Below, piece by piece: positions 9,859 through 19,353 of a stretch of 64,000 bases of DNA. The position numbers and the translations under genes are program-made. This DNA is from Candidatus Pacearchaeota archaeon (GTDB lineage Archaea; Nanobdellota; Nanobdellia; Pacearchaeales; GW2011-AR1). The stretch is taken from the NCBI GenBank assembly GCA_016188895.1, contig JACPGZ010000017.1, positions 2,538-66,537 on the forward strand, read 5' to 3'. Under the pieces are notes generated by a model. That model worked only from the letters and a program-made list of their open reading frames with translations. It made no database searches and was not told where the DNA came from. Numbering within the stretch: the stretch's first letter is position 1; each line of letters opens with the position of its first letter.

Positions 9859-9884
9859 GCCCACTCTGTATGGCATCGGAGTTG
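9859..9884 (+). repeat. Dispersed repeat, copy D (rpoN-rpl1 spacer)
   Basis: GCCCACTCTGTATGGCATCGGAGTTG. Confidence 0.8.
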
Positions 9885-9904
9885 GATAGAACGTAGGAGG
9901 TTAT

Positions 9905-10534
9905 ATGAAAGAAGAAATATTGAAAGTATTGAAAGAACTGAGAAAGTCTAAAGAAAGGAAATTTGACCAGAGCATAGATTTTATTCTAAACCTGAAAAAA
10001 TTTGACCCTAAGAAAGAATCTGTAAATCTTTTTGTATTCCTGCCCCATAAAATTTCTGACAGAAAGATTTGTGCGTTTTTGACAAAAAAATCAAAGATTG
10101 TGGATACAATCATTAAGGAAGAGTTTGACAGATTCAAGGATAAAAAAAGCATTAAGAAACTTATAGAGCAATATGACTTCTTTATGGCTTCTTCTTCTCT
10201 TATGCCAGTAATTGCTACAAAATTTGGCAGATACCTTGGACCTGCTGGAAAGATGCCAAATCCGCAGAATGGGGTAATAACAACTGAAACAGACGAGACT
10301 GTTAAAAATGTCCTGGAGAAATTTAATACTGCTATAAGGATAATAACAAAAGAGCCATCTATCAAGCTTAGAATAGGAAAGTTAAGCATGACAGATGAGC
10401 AAATAGCTGAGAATGTGGCTCATGTGTTCAATATACTTATCAATGCTCTTCCTAAAAAACAGGAAAATATAAAGTCTTTGATGATTAAACTAACAATGAG
10501 CAAACCTGTGAGGATAAAATGGGAGTCAAAGTAA
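9905..10534 (+). CDS. rpl1: 50S ribosomal protein L1
   Basis: RKFDQSID..NLK, GRYLGPAGKMP, KLTMSKP. Confidence 0.96.
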   Translation: MKEEILKVLKELRKSKERKFDQSIDFILNLKKFDPKKESVNLFVFLPHKISDRKICAFLTKKSKIVDTIIKEEFDRFKDKKSIKKLIEQYDFFMASSSLMPVIATKFGRYLGPAGKMPNPQNGVITTETDETVKNVLEKFNTAIRIITKEPSIKLRIGKLSMTDEQIAENVAHVFNILINALPKKQENIKSLMIKLTMSKPVRIKWESK

Positions 10535-11304
10535 AAATCTCTGATAAAAAAAGAACATTGCTGAAAGATATTGTTTCTCTTATTAACAAATATAAAACAA
10601 TTATGGTTTGCTCTATCCAAAACCTTCCATCAAGCCAGTTTCAGTCAATAAGAAAAACATTAAGAGATATATGCATTATAAAAGCATTCAAAAAGAACAT
10701 TGTTGTCAGGGCAATTGATAGCATAAAAAATGATAAAATCTCCAAATTAAAGGACATAATTGAGGCAAATTGCGTTCTTTTATTCTCTGAAAAAGATCCT
10801 TTTGAATTGTCAGCAATACTTAATGACAGCAAAACATCATCTTTTGCCAGGGCTGGAAATACAGCACCCATGGACATAACAATTGAGCCAGGGCCAACAG
10901 AACTTGTGCCAGGGCCTGCAATTAGTGAATTTGGAGCATTAGGAATAAAGATTGCTGTTGAAGATGGAAAGATATCTATAAGAGAGCCTAAAACAATAGC
11001 AAAGAAGGGGGAAGAAATTAATGGTAAAGCTGCAAGCATAATGATGAAGCTTGGCATTAAGCCTATTTTTATTGGATTAGAGCCTCTTGCAGCATATTCT
11101 AGAAAAGATAATGTGTTATATAAAGATATAAAAGTTGATAGGGCTGAAACGCTATCTGAATTGAGAGAAATTTATTCTAAAGCTCTTGCATTTGCAGTAA
11201 GCATATCATATGCATGCAGAGAGACAATATCTTACCTTCTTTTCAAGGCATATAGAAATGAAATGGTTTTGCAAAGATTTTTAAATATTGAAAAATCAAC
11301 TTAA
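10519..11304 (+). CDS. rpl10: 50S ribosomal protein L10 (P0)
   Basis: QSIRKTLR, ARAGNTAP.DI.IEPGPT..PGP. Confidence 0.95.
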   Translation: MGVKVKISDKKRTLLKDIVSLINKYKTIMVCSIQNLPSSQFQSIRKTLRDICIIKAFKKNIVVRAIDSIKNDKISKLKDIIEANCVLLFSEKDPFELSAILNDSKTSSFARAGNTAPMDITIEPGPTELVPGPAISEFGALGIKIAVEDGKISIREPKTIAKKGEEINGKAASIMMKLGIKPIFIGLEPLAAYSRKDNVLYKDIKVDRAETLSELREIYSKALAFAVSISYACRETISYLLFKAYRNEMVLQRFLNIEKST

Positions 11305-11315
11305 ACGCAGGAAAA

Positions 11316-11597
11316 ATGGAATATTTATACGCTGTTTTACTTTTACATAAATTAGGAAAGCCTATAGATGAAGAGCATCTAAAGAAGGTTGTATCAGCAG
11401 CTGGAGTAAATGTTGATGAGGCAAAAATTAAGACAGTTGTTGCAAGCCTGCACGGAGTTGACATAGAGAAAGAGCTTGCAAGCGCGTCATTGGCAATGGC
11501 TGTCTCTCAAGAGAAACCGAGCGAGGCTAAGGAAGAGAAGAAAAAGGAAGAAAAGCCGAGTGAAGCGGCAGAGGGTTTGAGCTCATTATTTGGTTAG
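11316..11597 (+). CDS. rpl12: 50S ribosomal protein L12 (P1)
   Basis: MEYLYAVLLLH, C-terminal GLSSLFG. Confidence 0.96.
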   Translation: MEYLYAVLLLHKLGKPIDEEHLKKVVSAAGVNVDEAKIKTVVASLHGVDIEKELASASLAMAVSQEKPSEAKEEKKKEEKPSEAAEGLSSLFG

Positions 11598-11661
11598 ATT
11601 AATTTGTTCTTATTATAGTTAATACTAAAACTTTAAAAGAAAGGTATCTTCTCATTTGTAT

Positions 11662-11757
11662 GCCGCTGTCGCATAATGGTAGTGCACCAGCCTTGAGTTA
11701 TAAAAATAAGTAAGCTGGGCCCTTCGGGGCTTCCAGGTTCGATTCCTGGCAGCGGCG
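11662..11757 (+). tRNA. tRNA-Ser(TGA) with 15-nt intron at 37/38 (11698-11712)
   Basis: Acceptor GCCGCTG/CAGCGGC, discriminator G, anticodon stem CCAGC/GCTGG, long variable arm GCCC-TTCG-GGGC, T arm CCAGG-TTCGATT-CCTGG; CUUG pairs with intron UAAG (BHB-like). Confidence 0.92.
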
Positions 11758-11758
11758 T

Positions 11759-12277
11759 TCAGTATTGTTCTTGGTAAATCCTGTTTTTCTTGATTGGAAG
11801 ATTAGAATCAAGTCTCTTATGCATGGATTCTAGCTTCTTAATCTCTTTTTCCAACCCATTTTCTGTTCCATTATTTATGCTTTTTAATAAACTTTCTAAA
11901 GCCTTTGTGTATACTATTATAAATGCTCTTTGCTCTTCTAATGCCTTATTCATTCTATTTTTATGCGAGTCTAATCTTGAGTCAATTAATAATTGAATTC
12001 CTGAATTTAGTTTTTCAGCTTCTCTTTTATTTACTTTTGTTTTAATATAATCTCTCGCCATTAATCCTCCTGCAAATAATAATCCTCCTAAAACAGCGAT
12101 TCCTGTATATGGTGCTTTTATTACATCAAGCATATCAATCTGCTGGGAAAGATGATTATAGTATTGATGAAAGATGTTTTTTGCCATTGCTGTAACTCCT
12201 GTAATAAGTCCTGTATATTGCGCCAGATATGCTATGCAATTAGCAGTTCTTTCCAGATTGCCTAAATTTTCAGTCAT
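11759..12277 (-). CDS. Hypothetical membrane-anchored coiled-coil protein
   Basis: 172-aa ORF with a hydrophobic segment followed by heptads. Confidence 0.65.
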   Translation of the reverse strand: MTENLGNLERTANCIAYLAQYTGLITGVTAMAKNIFHQYYNHLSQQIDMLDVIKAPYTGIAVLGGLLFAGGLMARDYIKTKVNKREAEKLNSGIQLLIDSRLDSHKNRMNKALEEQRAFIIVYTKALESLLKSINNGTENGLEKEIKKLESMHKRLDSNLPIKKNRIYQEQY

Positions 12278-12345
12278 TTTTAAAAAAATTAAACTATACA
12301 GAAATAAATCTTTATAAAACTTATGGTGATATTACTATTGTCGTA

Positions 12346-12915
12346 TTATTTTTTCAATGCTTTTCTGTGTATAATTGTTCTTCCTTGCTTTGCAACGTGC
12401 TTTTGCTCATGGGCTGTTTTTTCAGCTGTTTTCAATCCTGCTTCAATTGTTGCTTCTTTCTTTTCTTTTTCCTCTATCTTTTGTTCTTCTGTTTTTTCAG
12501 GCTTTTCTTCTAATTTCTCCTCTTGTTTTTCTTTTGTTTCCTCTTTTACTTTCTCTGCCTTTTTCTTTTCCTCTTCAGTTTGTTTTTTCCTTTTTTCTTC
12601 ACGAATCACGCGCCATTTTACAGCTTCTGGAATTATGGCAAGCTCTACATTGACTATGTCTTCTTGTTTTTTTGCTTTGACCTTTATTTTTGTGGGTGGC
12701 TTTGAAATGCCTCTAAACCATATTTCTTCATTTAGATATTTGTTAATCTTAACTTTTCTTATGTCCCTGTCTTGAACTTTCATATGCTTTGCTATGAAAA
12801 TTTTAATTGCCTTGATAGCGCGATTTGTTCTTCTATATCTTGGAACTTTAAGCCACTGCTTTCTTAAAGGTATTACATATTCCCGTTCAAGAACAGCTTT
12901 AGGTTTATCTGCCAT
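12346..12915 (-). CDS. rpl31e: 50S ribosomal protein L31e with charged C-terminal extension
   Basis: EREYVIPLR..RRTNRAIKAIK.F..KHMK..LNEEIW.RG..KPP. Confidence 0.95.
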   Translation of the reverse strand: MADKPKAVLEREYVIPLRKQWLKVPRYRRTNRAIKAIKIFIAKHMKVQDRDIRKVKINKYLNEEIWFRGISKPPTKIKVKAKKQEDIVNVELAIIPEAVKWRVIREEKRKKQTEEEKKKAEKVKEETKEKQEEKLEEKPEKTEEQKIEEKEKKEATIEAGLKTAEKTAHEQKHVAKQGRTIIHRKALKK

Positions 12916-12916
12916 T

Positions 12917-13117
12917 TTATCCAATAAACTCCTTTTTTACTCTTCGTGGCTTGAGCTTCAACTTTCTGGTTCTCCAGTTTCTTCTTACTCTTGTTATTGC
13001 AGAAGGATGCACTCTCTTGCCTTTGCCAAATTTTTTTAATATAATCCAAAATGGAGCCCATTTTGTCCTTCTTTCCAGTTTTGCAAGATGAACTTTTTTC
13101 TGATAATGTTTCGTCAT
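12917..13117 (-). CDS. rpl39e: 50S ribosomal protein L39e
   Basis: KKVHLAK..R..WAP.W..RRNWRTRKL; synteny with L31e. Confidence 0.9.
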   Translation of the reverse strand: MTKHYQKKVHLAKLERRTKWAPFWIILKKFGKGKRVHPSAITRVRRNWRTRKLKLKPRRVKKEFIG

Positions 13118-13398
13118 TTTTTATCAGGTTTAGCAAGAAAATCTAAAATATCTTTTGTAACAACCCCTCCTTGTCTTAATTGTTCTAATATTGATGGATA
13201 ATGTGTTCCTATTACTTCTTCTCTATATATCCTATCATCTGCTGAAGCATTAAATCCTAATCTTGCTCTTCCCTTTTTAATTTCTACCAAAGTTATAATT
13301 ATTGGATTAGCATTTTCTCTTAAGATATATATTTTTTCATCTTGCTCTCTTGCTATAACAAGTCCTATTTTGTCAGGATTATAGTTTTCAGATGTCAT
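13114..13398 (-). CDS. CsrA/RsmA-like (carbon storage regulator) protein
   Basis: LVIAREQDEKIYI..IIITLVEIKKGRARLGFNA..RIYREEV parallels CsrA [39 protein letters not shown]. Confidence 0.72.
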   Translation of the reverse strand: MTSENYNPDKIGLVIAREQDEKIYILRENANPIIITLVEIKKGRARLGFNASADDRIYREEVIGTHYPSILEQLRQGGVVTKDILDFLAKPDKK

Positions 13399-13613
13399 CT
13401 TAAACTCCTTAATATCTCTTTTAATTTTGCATCATCAATTTCTTCAATTCCAGATTGAACTATTTGCGTTATTTGAACAATTGCCTTTAATGCTCTCTCT
13501 GGATGTGCAAGCTTTAAATTTCCGTATCTTGATATTGCTTCTTTTGTCATATGCTTTTTTGCAAATGACTCTATCATCTCAATGTTCTTTTCTATGTTTT
13601 CTTGTTCTGTCAT
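13395..13613 (-). CDS. PDCD5/TFAR19-like DNA-binding protein
   Basis: MTKEAISRYGNLKLAHPE..IDDAKLKEIL; conserved next to S19e. Confidence 0.88.
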   Translation of the reverse strand: MTEQENIEKNIEMIESFAKKHMTKEAISRYGNLKLAHPERALKAIVQITQIVQSGIEEIDDAKLKEILRSLR

Positions 13614-13618
13614 TTTAA

Positions 13619-14032
13619 TTATTTTAATTTATTTGCAGTTTCTTCTAAAAACTTTGTTCCTTTGTCAGTCAGCTTTCTGCCTGTTCTTTTTCCTTTTACT
13701 TTTTCAAGAAAACCTGCTTTTTCAGCTTGCTGCAAGATAACTCGGATAATTTTTCCGCTTGCTTTTCTGAACATCTCTGGCTTCATTCCTCTAATCTGCC
13801 TTCCTCCGTATCTTGTTCTAAGCCTGTTAACCCCAACAACCCTGTTTTTATGTATCTGCCTTAAGATGCTTGCAGCTCTTTTATACCAGAAGTCATCATC
13901 AGCAGGCGGTCTTGATTTTGACGGGCCTGTTTTAACATAAGACGCCCACTCTGGCATGGTAAACTCTTTCAAATTTTTCAATTCGCTTGCTAGTGTTTCA
14001 TTGAATTTTTGCGCATCAACTTCATATATCAT
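13619..14032 (-). CDS. rps19e: 30S ribosomal protein S19e
   Basis: PEWASYVKTG..RPP..FWYKRAASILR..YGG. Confidence 0.96.
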   Translation of the reverse strand: MIYEVDAQKFNETLASELKNLKEFTMPEWASYVKTGPSKSRPPADDDFWYKRAASILRQIHKNRVVGVNRLRTRYGGRQIRGMKPEMFRKASGKIIRVILQQAEKAGFLEKVKGKRTGRKLTDKGTKFLEETANKLK

Positions 14033-14128
14033 GAGAAATCTGGAGAATCTTGGCTTATAAATGTTATGGCTTTGAAAAGGTAAATATTAAATACATATCA
14101 AAATAAGTAGATTAGAGGTAAATAAGGT

Positions 14129-14158
14129 AAGGGGAACTACGTTCCCCCTTAGACCCCC
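14129..14158 (+). repeat. REP-like hairpin, family 2
   Basis: AAGGGGAAC-TAC-GTTCCCCCTT-AGACCCCC; second copy at 19905-19935. Confidence 0.7.
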
Positions 14159-14178
14159 AATAAACCCTGGACAAAAAG

Positions 14179-15132
14179 ATGGTATATATCAATTTCTTGG
14201 TGCTTGCATTATGGATTGTTTTATTAGTGGGGGGATCTGATTATTTTGTTAAATCTGCATCAAGAATTGCCAAAAGATTAGGGGTATCTGAGCTGGTCAT
14301 TGGTTTAATACTTGTGGCAAATGGCACATCTATTCCAGAGCTTACTGTATCTATATTTTCGGCAATTAAAGGACATACAGAAATTATAGCTGGAAATATT
14401 GTTGGGAGTAATATAGCTGATCTTGCATGGATTGCAGGATTAAGTGCATTGCTATATGGTGGAATGAAGACAAATAAATTAATTTTGAGGAGAGATGGCT
14501 ATATGATGCTCTTTACAACTATTATATTTTTTGTATTTGCACTAACAGGAAGCATAAAATGGTATATGGGTATATTATTTTTGATATTGTATGCAGGATA
14601 TACATATTTTTTATTAAAGAAGAAGCATAGAGGAGAAAAACACCATCTGAAAGAGCATCTCGAGATTAAAGATGGTCTATGGAAGGATATATTAATATTT
14701 ATTATTAGTTGTATAGCAATTTTTATTGGCGGAAAATATCTTGTTGGAGAGATAATATTTATTGCAGCTTTTTTTAGTATTCCTGAAACAGCAATTGGAA
14801 TATTAAATGCAATTGGCACAACACTGCCTGAATTAACAGTTTCTATAATAGCTGGAAGAAAAGGAATGTTAGATTTATTATGGGGCAATATAATTGGAAG
14901 TAATATTACAAACATACTATTTGTTGTTGGAGCATCTTCATTGATTTCTCCCGTTGAAATCATTAAGTTATCTTCTTACTTTACAATTCCGTTTTTGCTT
15001 GGATTGACAATTCTCTCGCTTATATTTATGAGAACCAAATGGAAGGTTTCGCGTTTTGAGGGCGGGATTCTTTTTGCTTTGTATCTGATATTCCTTGCTG
15101 GATTATTTTATTTAAGGACTGGATTGATTTGA
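14179..15132 (+). CDS. Ca2+/Na+ antiporter (YrbG, CaCA family)
   Basis: Two alpha repeats GTSIPE/GTTLPE and GNIVGSNI/GNIIGSNI. Confidence 0.93.
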   Translation: MVYINFLVLALWIVLLVGGSDYFVKSASRIAKRLGVSELVIGLILVANGTSIPELTVSIFSAIKGHTEIIAGNIVGSNIADLAWIAGLSALLYGGMKTNKLILRRDGYMMLFTTIIFFVFALTGSIKWYMGILFLILYAGYTYFLLKKKHRGEKHHLKEHLEIKDGLWKDILIFIISCIAIFIGGKYLVGEIIFIAAFFSIPETAIGILNAIGTTLPELTVSIIAGRKGMLDLLWGNIIGSNITNILFVVGASSLISPVEIIKLSSYFTIPFLLGLTILSLIFMRTKWKVSRFEGGILFALYLIFLAGLFYLRTGLI

Positions 15133-15159
15133 TTAACTCCGATGCCCTATGGAATGGGC
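15133..15159 (-). repeat. Dispersed repeat, copy E
   Basis: Reverse strand reads GCCCATTCCATAGGGCATCGGAGTTAA. Confidence 0.9.
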
Positions 15160-15387
15160 TTTTCTCCATTTTTTTATGAAGATAGTGTAGCCAACAATCT
15201 TGCTTGTGTATTTGTTACCTAGCTCATTAATAATTGACGTATTAATTTCTTTTAACTTTTCCCTGTCCCTGCAGAAATTTTTGAGTACAGTAATCCTTAC
15301 ACTGTCTGAATTTTTAAAGGCATTTTTCACACTCGCCAGAAAACCTGATGTTATGCCTTTCTTTCCAAGCTGAATTGTTATTTGCAT
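15133..15387 (-). CDS. YhbY/CRM-domain RNA-binding protein; C-terminal AHSIGHRS from repeat
   Basis: IQLGKKGIT..VRITVLK..IVGYTIFI. Confidence 0.82.
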   Translation of the reverse strand: MQITIQLGKKGITSGFLASVKNAFKNSDSVRITVLKNFCRDREKLKEINTSIINELGNKYTSKIVGYTIFIKKWRKAHSIGHRS

Positions 15388-15929
15388 ATTGCGAATCTTC
15401 CTGAAGGCAATGCCTCAATTATCTCTTGCTTGCTGCGTTTTAAAATCTTGCTAATCTGATATGCAAACAGCTCTTTTTCTATTCCGCCGATTGTGATGCA
15501 TAATTTGCTTGTTTTTGCCGGAATAAATCTGGCTTTTCCTTCTTGCTCTTTGTAATATAATTTGAGCTCTATTGTCTTTTTATCAGATATTTTTCTTACT
15601 CCAAATGTGCCTTCTTTCATGCTCTTTTTCTTGTAAATATCCTTTGAATAAAACCAGTGCACTTCTGTAAGTTTCTTGTTGTTTTTCCATGACTTGCTAA
15701 AGCATCCGCAAAAAATAAGGCATTCGTCCAAATCTTTTGCTGAATATTTATCAGAAAGAATAATGCAGAATGGGCTTCCTGGCTCTTTTGTGTGGGTAAT
15801 GACACATTCTGATTTATCTTTCATAACATACTGCATTATTTCCTCGTTCTGCTTGGCATTCTTGCCTCCGATAACTAACTTGCCAGATGAGGTGAAAAAC
15901 CAGCGGTATTTTTGGTAGTTTTGAAGCAT
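15378..15929 (-). CDS. NFACT RNA-binding domain (DUF814) protein
   Basis: KYRWFFTSSGKLVIGGKNAKQNE, HT..PGSPF, FSKSWK, GTF. Confidence 0.88.
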   Translation of the reverse strand: MLQNYQKYRWFFTSSGKLVIGGKNAKQNEEIMQYVMKDKSECVITHTKEPGSPFCIILSDKYSAKDLDECLIFCGCFSKSWKNNKKLTEVHWFYSKDIYKKKSMKEGTFGVRKISDKKTIELKLYYKEQEGKARFIPAKTSKLCITIGGIEKELFAYQISKILKRSKQEIIEALPSGRFAICK

Positions 15930-16025
15930 GCTTGGGAAAGGAATTAAGGATTTTTATGTTTAATGGTTGAGTTCAACAATTTTTAAATATCATCAAATTT
16001 AAATATCATCAAAAAATGATAAGAT

Positions 16026-16544
16026 ATGGCTTTTGATTTTAATTTTCACGGGATTGAAGACAGAACTGATTTGAAAGAACTTATTGACTTTCTTGCATAT
16101 CAGGATTTAGGTTATCCTCGCTATCAAGAATGGGTTCAGAGAACAGAGCATGAATTGGATTCTGGATACAAAAAAGCTATTCTTGCTTTTAGCGAAAGGT
16201 ATTTAGTCGCTGATCTTATATATCAACAGCATAAGGAAGCTGCATGTTTCTTGGAACTAAAAAATCTTCGTATACATCCTGCCTTTCGTTTAAGAGGTTT
16301 TGGAAGATTTATGCTTCGTCAAGTTGAGGTTGAACATGCTGAACAATATGAAGCTATAATTTGTGATGCCAGAGCGAATCAATCTGATACTATCAAATTT
16401 CTTGAATCATGTGGATATTCGCCACTTATTACTTGCCCTCTTTATGATCAAAACACTCCAGAAATAGTCATGATAAAATCCTTAAATAAGGATAAAAAGC
16501 AATTTATTATAGCAACAGCACTTGATTTTATTAAACCCAATTGA
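16026..16544 (+). CDS. GNAT-family N-acetyltransferase
   Basis: LRIHPAFRLRGFGRFML acetyl-CoA motif; FLESCGY. Confidence 0.85.
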   Translation: MAFDFNFHGIEDRTDLKELIDFLAYQDLGYPRYQEWVQRTEHELDSGYKKAILAFSERYLVADLIYQQHKEAACFLELKNLRIHPAFRLRGFGRFMLRQVEVEHAEQYEAIICDARANQSDTIKFLESCGYSPLITCPLYDQNTPEIVMIKSLNKDKKQFIIATALDFIKPN

Positions 16545-16595
16545 TTAAATCTCATTTTTCAAAACCTCTTTAAACCCTTAATTCCTCTTATTGGA

Positions 16596-17492
16596 ATGAA
16601 GATAAATATTGTGTTTTTAGGAACAGGCTCGTCAATTCCAACTGCAAAGCGGAATCATCCTGGAATTTTGCTGCAGTATGGTGCAGAGCAGATTCTGATT
16701 GACTGCGGTGAAGGAATTCAAAGGCAGTTCAGGATAGAAGGGCTTAATCCGTGCAATATAACGAGAATATTGATTACTCATTGGCATGGCGACCATGTTC
16801 TAGGCATTCCAGGACTGCTGCAAACACTTGTTCATAATAACTACAACAAGAAACTATTTATCTATGGGCCAAGAGGAACAAAGAAATACATGGAAGTTAT
16901 GATGCAGATGTTTATTTTTCATGGACGGCTTGACATAAAGATTGAGGAAGTTGAAGGCAGATTTCTTGATGCCAGGGATTTTTATATTGATGCTGCTCCT
17001 ATGAAACATAATATTGAGGCGAATGCTTATGCATTTGTTGAGAAAGACAAATTAAGAATTAAAAAAGATGTTCTCAAGAAGAAAAAGATTTCAAACTCGC
17101 CTGAACTTAAAAGTTTGTTGCTGGGAAAGGATGCAAAGATTGGCAGTATTATCTTGAAGGCCAAAGAATCAACATATCTGCAAAAAGGCAAGAAAATCGC
17201 TATTGTTCTTGACACTTTGATGAATGAAAATGTGATAAAGATAGCTAAAGACTCCTCGTTGCTTATATGTGAGTCTAGCTTTTCAAAAGATGAGGAAGAT
17301 AAAGCGGAAGAATATTTTCATTTAACTGCAGAACAGGCTGCGGCAATTGCAGAAAAGGCAAATGCAGAGCAGTTAATTCTTGTGCACTTAAGCCAGAGAT
17401 ATGATAAAAGCGAAAGTAAGATTTTGGCTGAAGCTAAAAAGGTATTTCCTAAAACCAGGATTGCTCATGATTTTATGAAATTAGAAATATAA
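16596..17492 (+). CDS. rnz: Ribonuclease Z
   Basis: FLGTGS..PT..RN, DCGEG, THWHGDH, HLSQRY. Confidence 0.95.
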   Translation: MKINIVFLGTGSSIPTAKRNHPGILLQYGAEQILIDCGEGIQRQFRIEGLNPCNITRILITHWHGDHVLGIPGLLQTLVHNNYNKKLFIYGPRGTKKYMEVMMQMFIFHGRLDIKIEEVEGRFLDARDFYIDAAPMKHNIEANAYAFVEKDKLRIKKDVLKKKKISNSPELKSLLLGKDAKIGSIILKAKESTYLQKGKKIAIVLDTLMNENVIKIAKDSSLLICESSFSKDEEDKAEEYFHLTAEQAAAIAEKANAEQLILVHLSQRYDKSESKILAEAKKVFPKTRIAHDFMKLEI

Positions 17493-17499
17493 AAACAAC

Positions 17500-17565
17500 C
17501 AGCAGGTCATCAAAAACCTTTGGTTTTTGACTGCTGTCAAAAATGCAATTTTGCAACATTTTTGA
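17500..17565. terminator. Two adjacent inverted repeats between convergent rnz and lsm
   Basis: CAGCAG..TCAAAAACC-TTT-GGTTTTTGA-CTGCTG, then TCAAAAATG..CATTTTTGA. Confidence 0.55.
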
Positions 17566-17604
17566 AGTTTTATGAATCCTGCAACCAGAAATATAGGTGT
17601 GCTA

Positions 17605-17856
17605 TTATGTAGCTGAAGATGCTGTTGATGCTGGCGAGATGAATATAATTGTATCTCCGCGCAAAAATGTTAAGCCGACATTTCTCTTTACTTCTCCATT
17701 ATGCAGCTCTTTGGCATTATCCAATACAATATTGATGTGTATATCAAATGCTTTTAAAGTTCCTGTAACCTGCTTCTCATTCTTTAACTGCACTAAAATT
17801 TCCTTTCCCTTAGAGCTGTTCAATAAATCAAGCGGGCGCTCTATGTTATTTGCCAT
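17605..17856 (-). CDS. Sm-like archaeal protein (SmAP/Lsm)
   Basis: RPLDLL..V.LK..GTLKAFDIHINIVL..FLRGD. Confidence 0.95.
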   Translation of the reverse strand: MANNIERPLDLLNSSKGKEILVQLKNEKQVTGTLKAFDIHINIVLDNAKELHNGEVKRNVGLTFLRGDTIIFISPASTASSAT

Positions 17857-18053
17857 AAAGTGCACTCAACAAACTAGTTTTTAAAGCTTTCTACAATTTA
17901 GAGAATTTCAGGCAAAGCCTGCGCAGACAATAGGTTTATAAACCATGAAAATTTGTAATTATATCCGATTTCTAGATTGGTAGAATAAGGAGAAGTAATA
18001 AGGAAAACAATTTCAATTGTTGCTGGATGCTTGATTCCTTATACTACATTAAG

Positions 18054-19283
18054 ATGAAGTTTGAAGAACTAAACATAGACAAAGACGTATTGAAAGTAAT
18101 TAATGAGATGAAATTCTCAGAGATGACTGAAATTCAGGAGAAAGCGCTTCCTTTAATAAAAGCAGGAGAAGATGTTATTGGTGAGTCTGCTACAGGATCT
18201 GGAAAGACACTTGCATTTGCAATACATCTAATAGAGAAAAGCGTAAAAGCAGGGAGTGTTCAATCTTTAGTTCTTGTGCCAACAAGGGAATTGTGCGAGC
18301 AAGTATCAAAAGAGATAAGAAAATTTTCTAAGTACAAAGGCCTTAATATAGCTTCTATATACGGCGGCGTTTCTTATGCACCTCAGAAGGATATGCTTAA
18401 AAAATCTGAGATTGTTGTTGGTACGCCTGGAAGAATACTTGACCATATCAGGCAGGGGACATTTGAAACGCATAATATAAGGATATTTGTAATTGACGAG
18501 GTTGACAGAATGCTTGACATGGGATTTATTCATGATGTTGATCAGATAATAAAAAACATACCCTTAAAAAGACAGACATTGCTTTTTTCTGCAACTATAG
18601 ATTCTGATATTGAATATCTGGCAAGAAAATATATGAAAAACTCAAAATTAATAAGTGCTGAAAATCATGTTGATCCTTTATTATTAAGGCAATATTATTA
18701 CGATGTGCCTGGCAGAAATAAGTTCTCTCTTTTTGTTCATCTTTTAAAAAATGACAGGACTAATTTAGTAATTGTTTTTTGTAACACAAGGCATAATGTT
18801 GATTTTTTATCACGAAATCTGAGAAAACAGGGAATTAATGCCCGCTCACTGCATGGTGGACTGACGCAAAGCAGAAGAAATAACATTATGGATATGTTTC
18901 GGGCCAGCGATATCAATGTATTGGTTGCAAGCGATGTTGCTGCAAGAGGGCTTGATATTAAAAATGTTTCTCATGTCTATAATTATGACATGCCTAAAAC
19001 ACAGGATGAGTATATCCATAGAATAGGAAGAACAGCCAGGGCTGGAAAAGAGGGCAAAGCTATAAGTGTTGTTTCTGAAAGAGATTATGATAATTTTTCC
19101 AAGATAATAAGAGACATTCCAATTGAAAGATTAGAAACACCTAAATTTGACAGAGTTGTGTTCATAGCATATAAAAAAGAGGGATTTGGAGACAGAAATA
19201 GAGGTAGAAGATTTGACAGGCAAAATATTGGAAGAAGAAAAATATTCTTTAAAAGAAGAAGATTTGTTTTTCAGAGACAATAG
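18054..19283 (+). CDS. DEAD-box RNA helicase
   Basis: ATGSGKT, PTREL, TPGR, DEVD, SAT, ARGLD, HRIGRTAR. Confidence 0.96.
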   Translation: MKFEELNIDKDVLKVINEMKFSEMTEIQEKALPLIKAGEDVIGESATGSGKTLAFAIHLIEKSVKAGSVQSLVLVPTRELCEQVSKEIRKFSKYKGLNIASIYGGVSYAPQKDMLKKSEIVVGTPGRILDHIRQGTFETHNIRIFVIDEVDRMLDMGFIHDVDQIIKNIPLKRQTLLFSATIDSDIEYLARKYMKNSKLISAENHVDPLLLRQYYYDVPGRNKFSLFVHLLKNDRTNLVIVFCNTRHNVDFLSRNLRKQGINARSLHGGLTQSRRNNIMDMFRASDINVLVASDVAARGLDIKNVSHVYNYDMPKTQDEYIHRIGRTARAGKEGKAISVVSERDYDNFSKIIRDIPIERLETPKFDRVVFIAYKKEGFGDRNRGRRFDRQNIGRRKIFFKRRRFVFQRQ

Positions 19284-19353
19284 CGCAAAAATAGAGTTAA
19301 ATTTAAAAACTAATATAACTTTTACTAGATAAATTTTTCAAAAAGAGGGTAAA

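Noticed and set aside
15133-15159. Repeat hairpin loop as a CsrA site (UAUGGAAU)
   Set aside because: The GGA-in-loop form is on the antisense strand, and several copies have GCA instead; only the weaker sense AUCGGA link is kept as a hypothesis.
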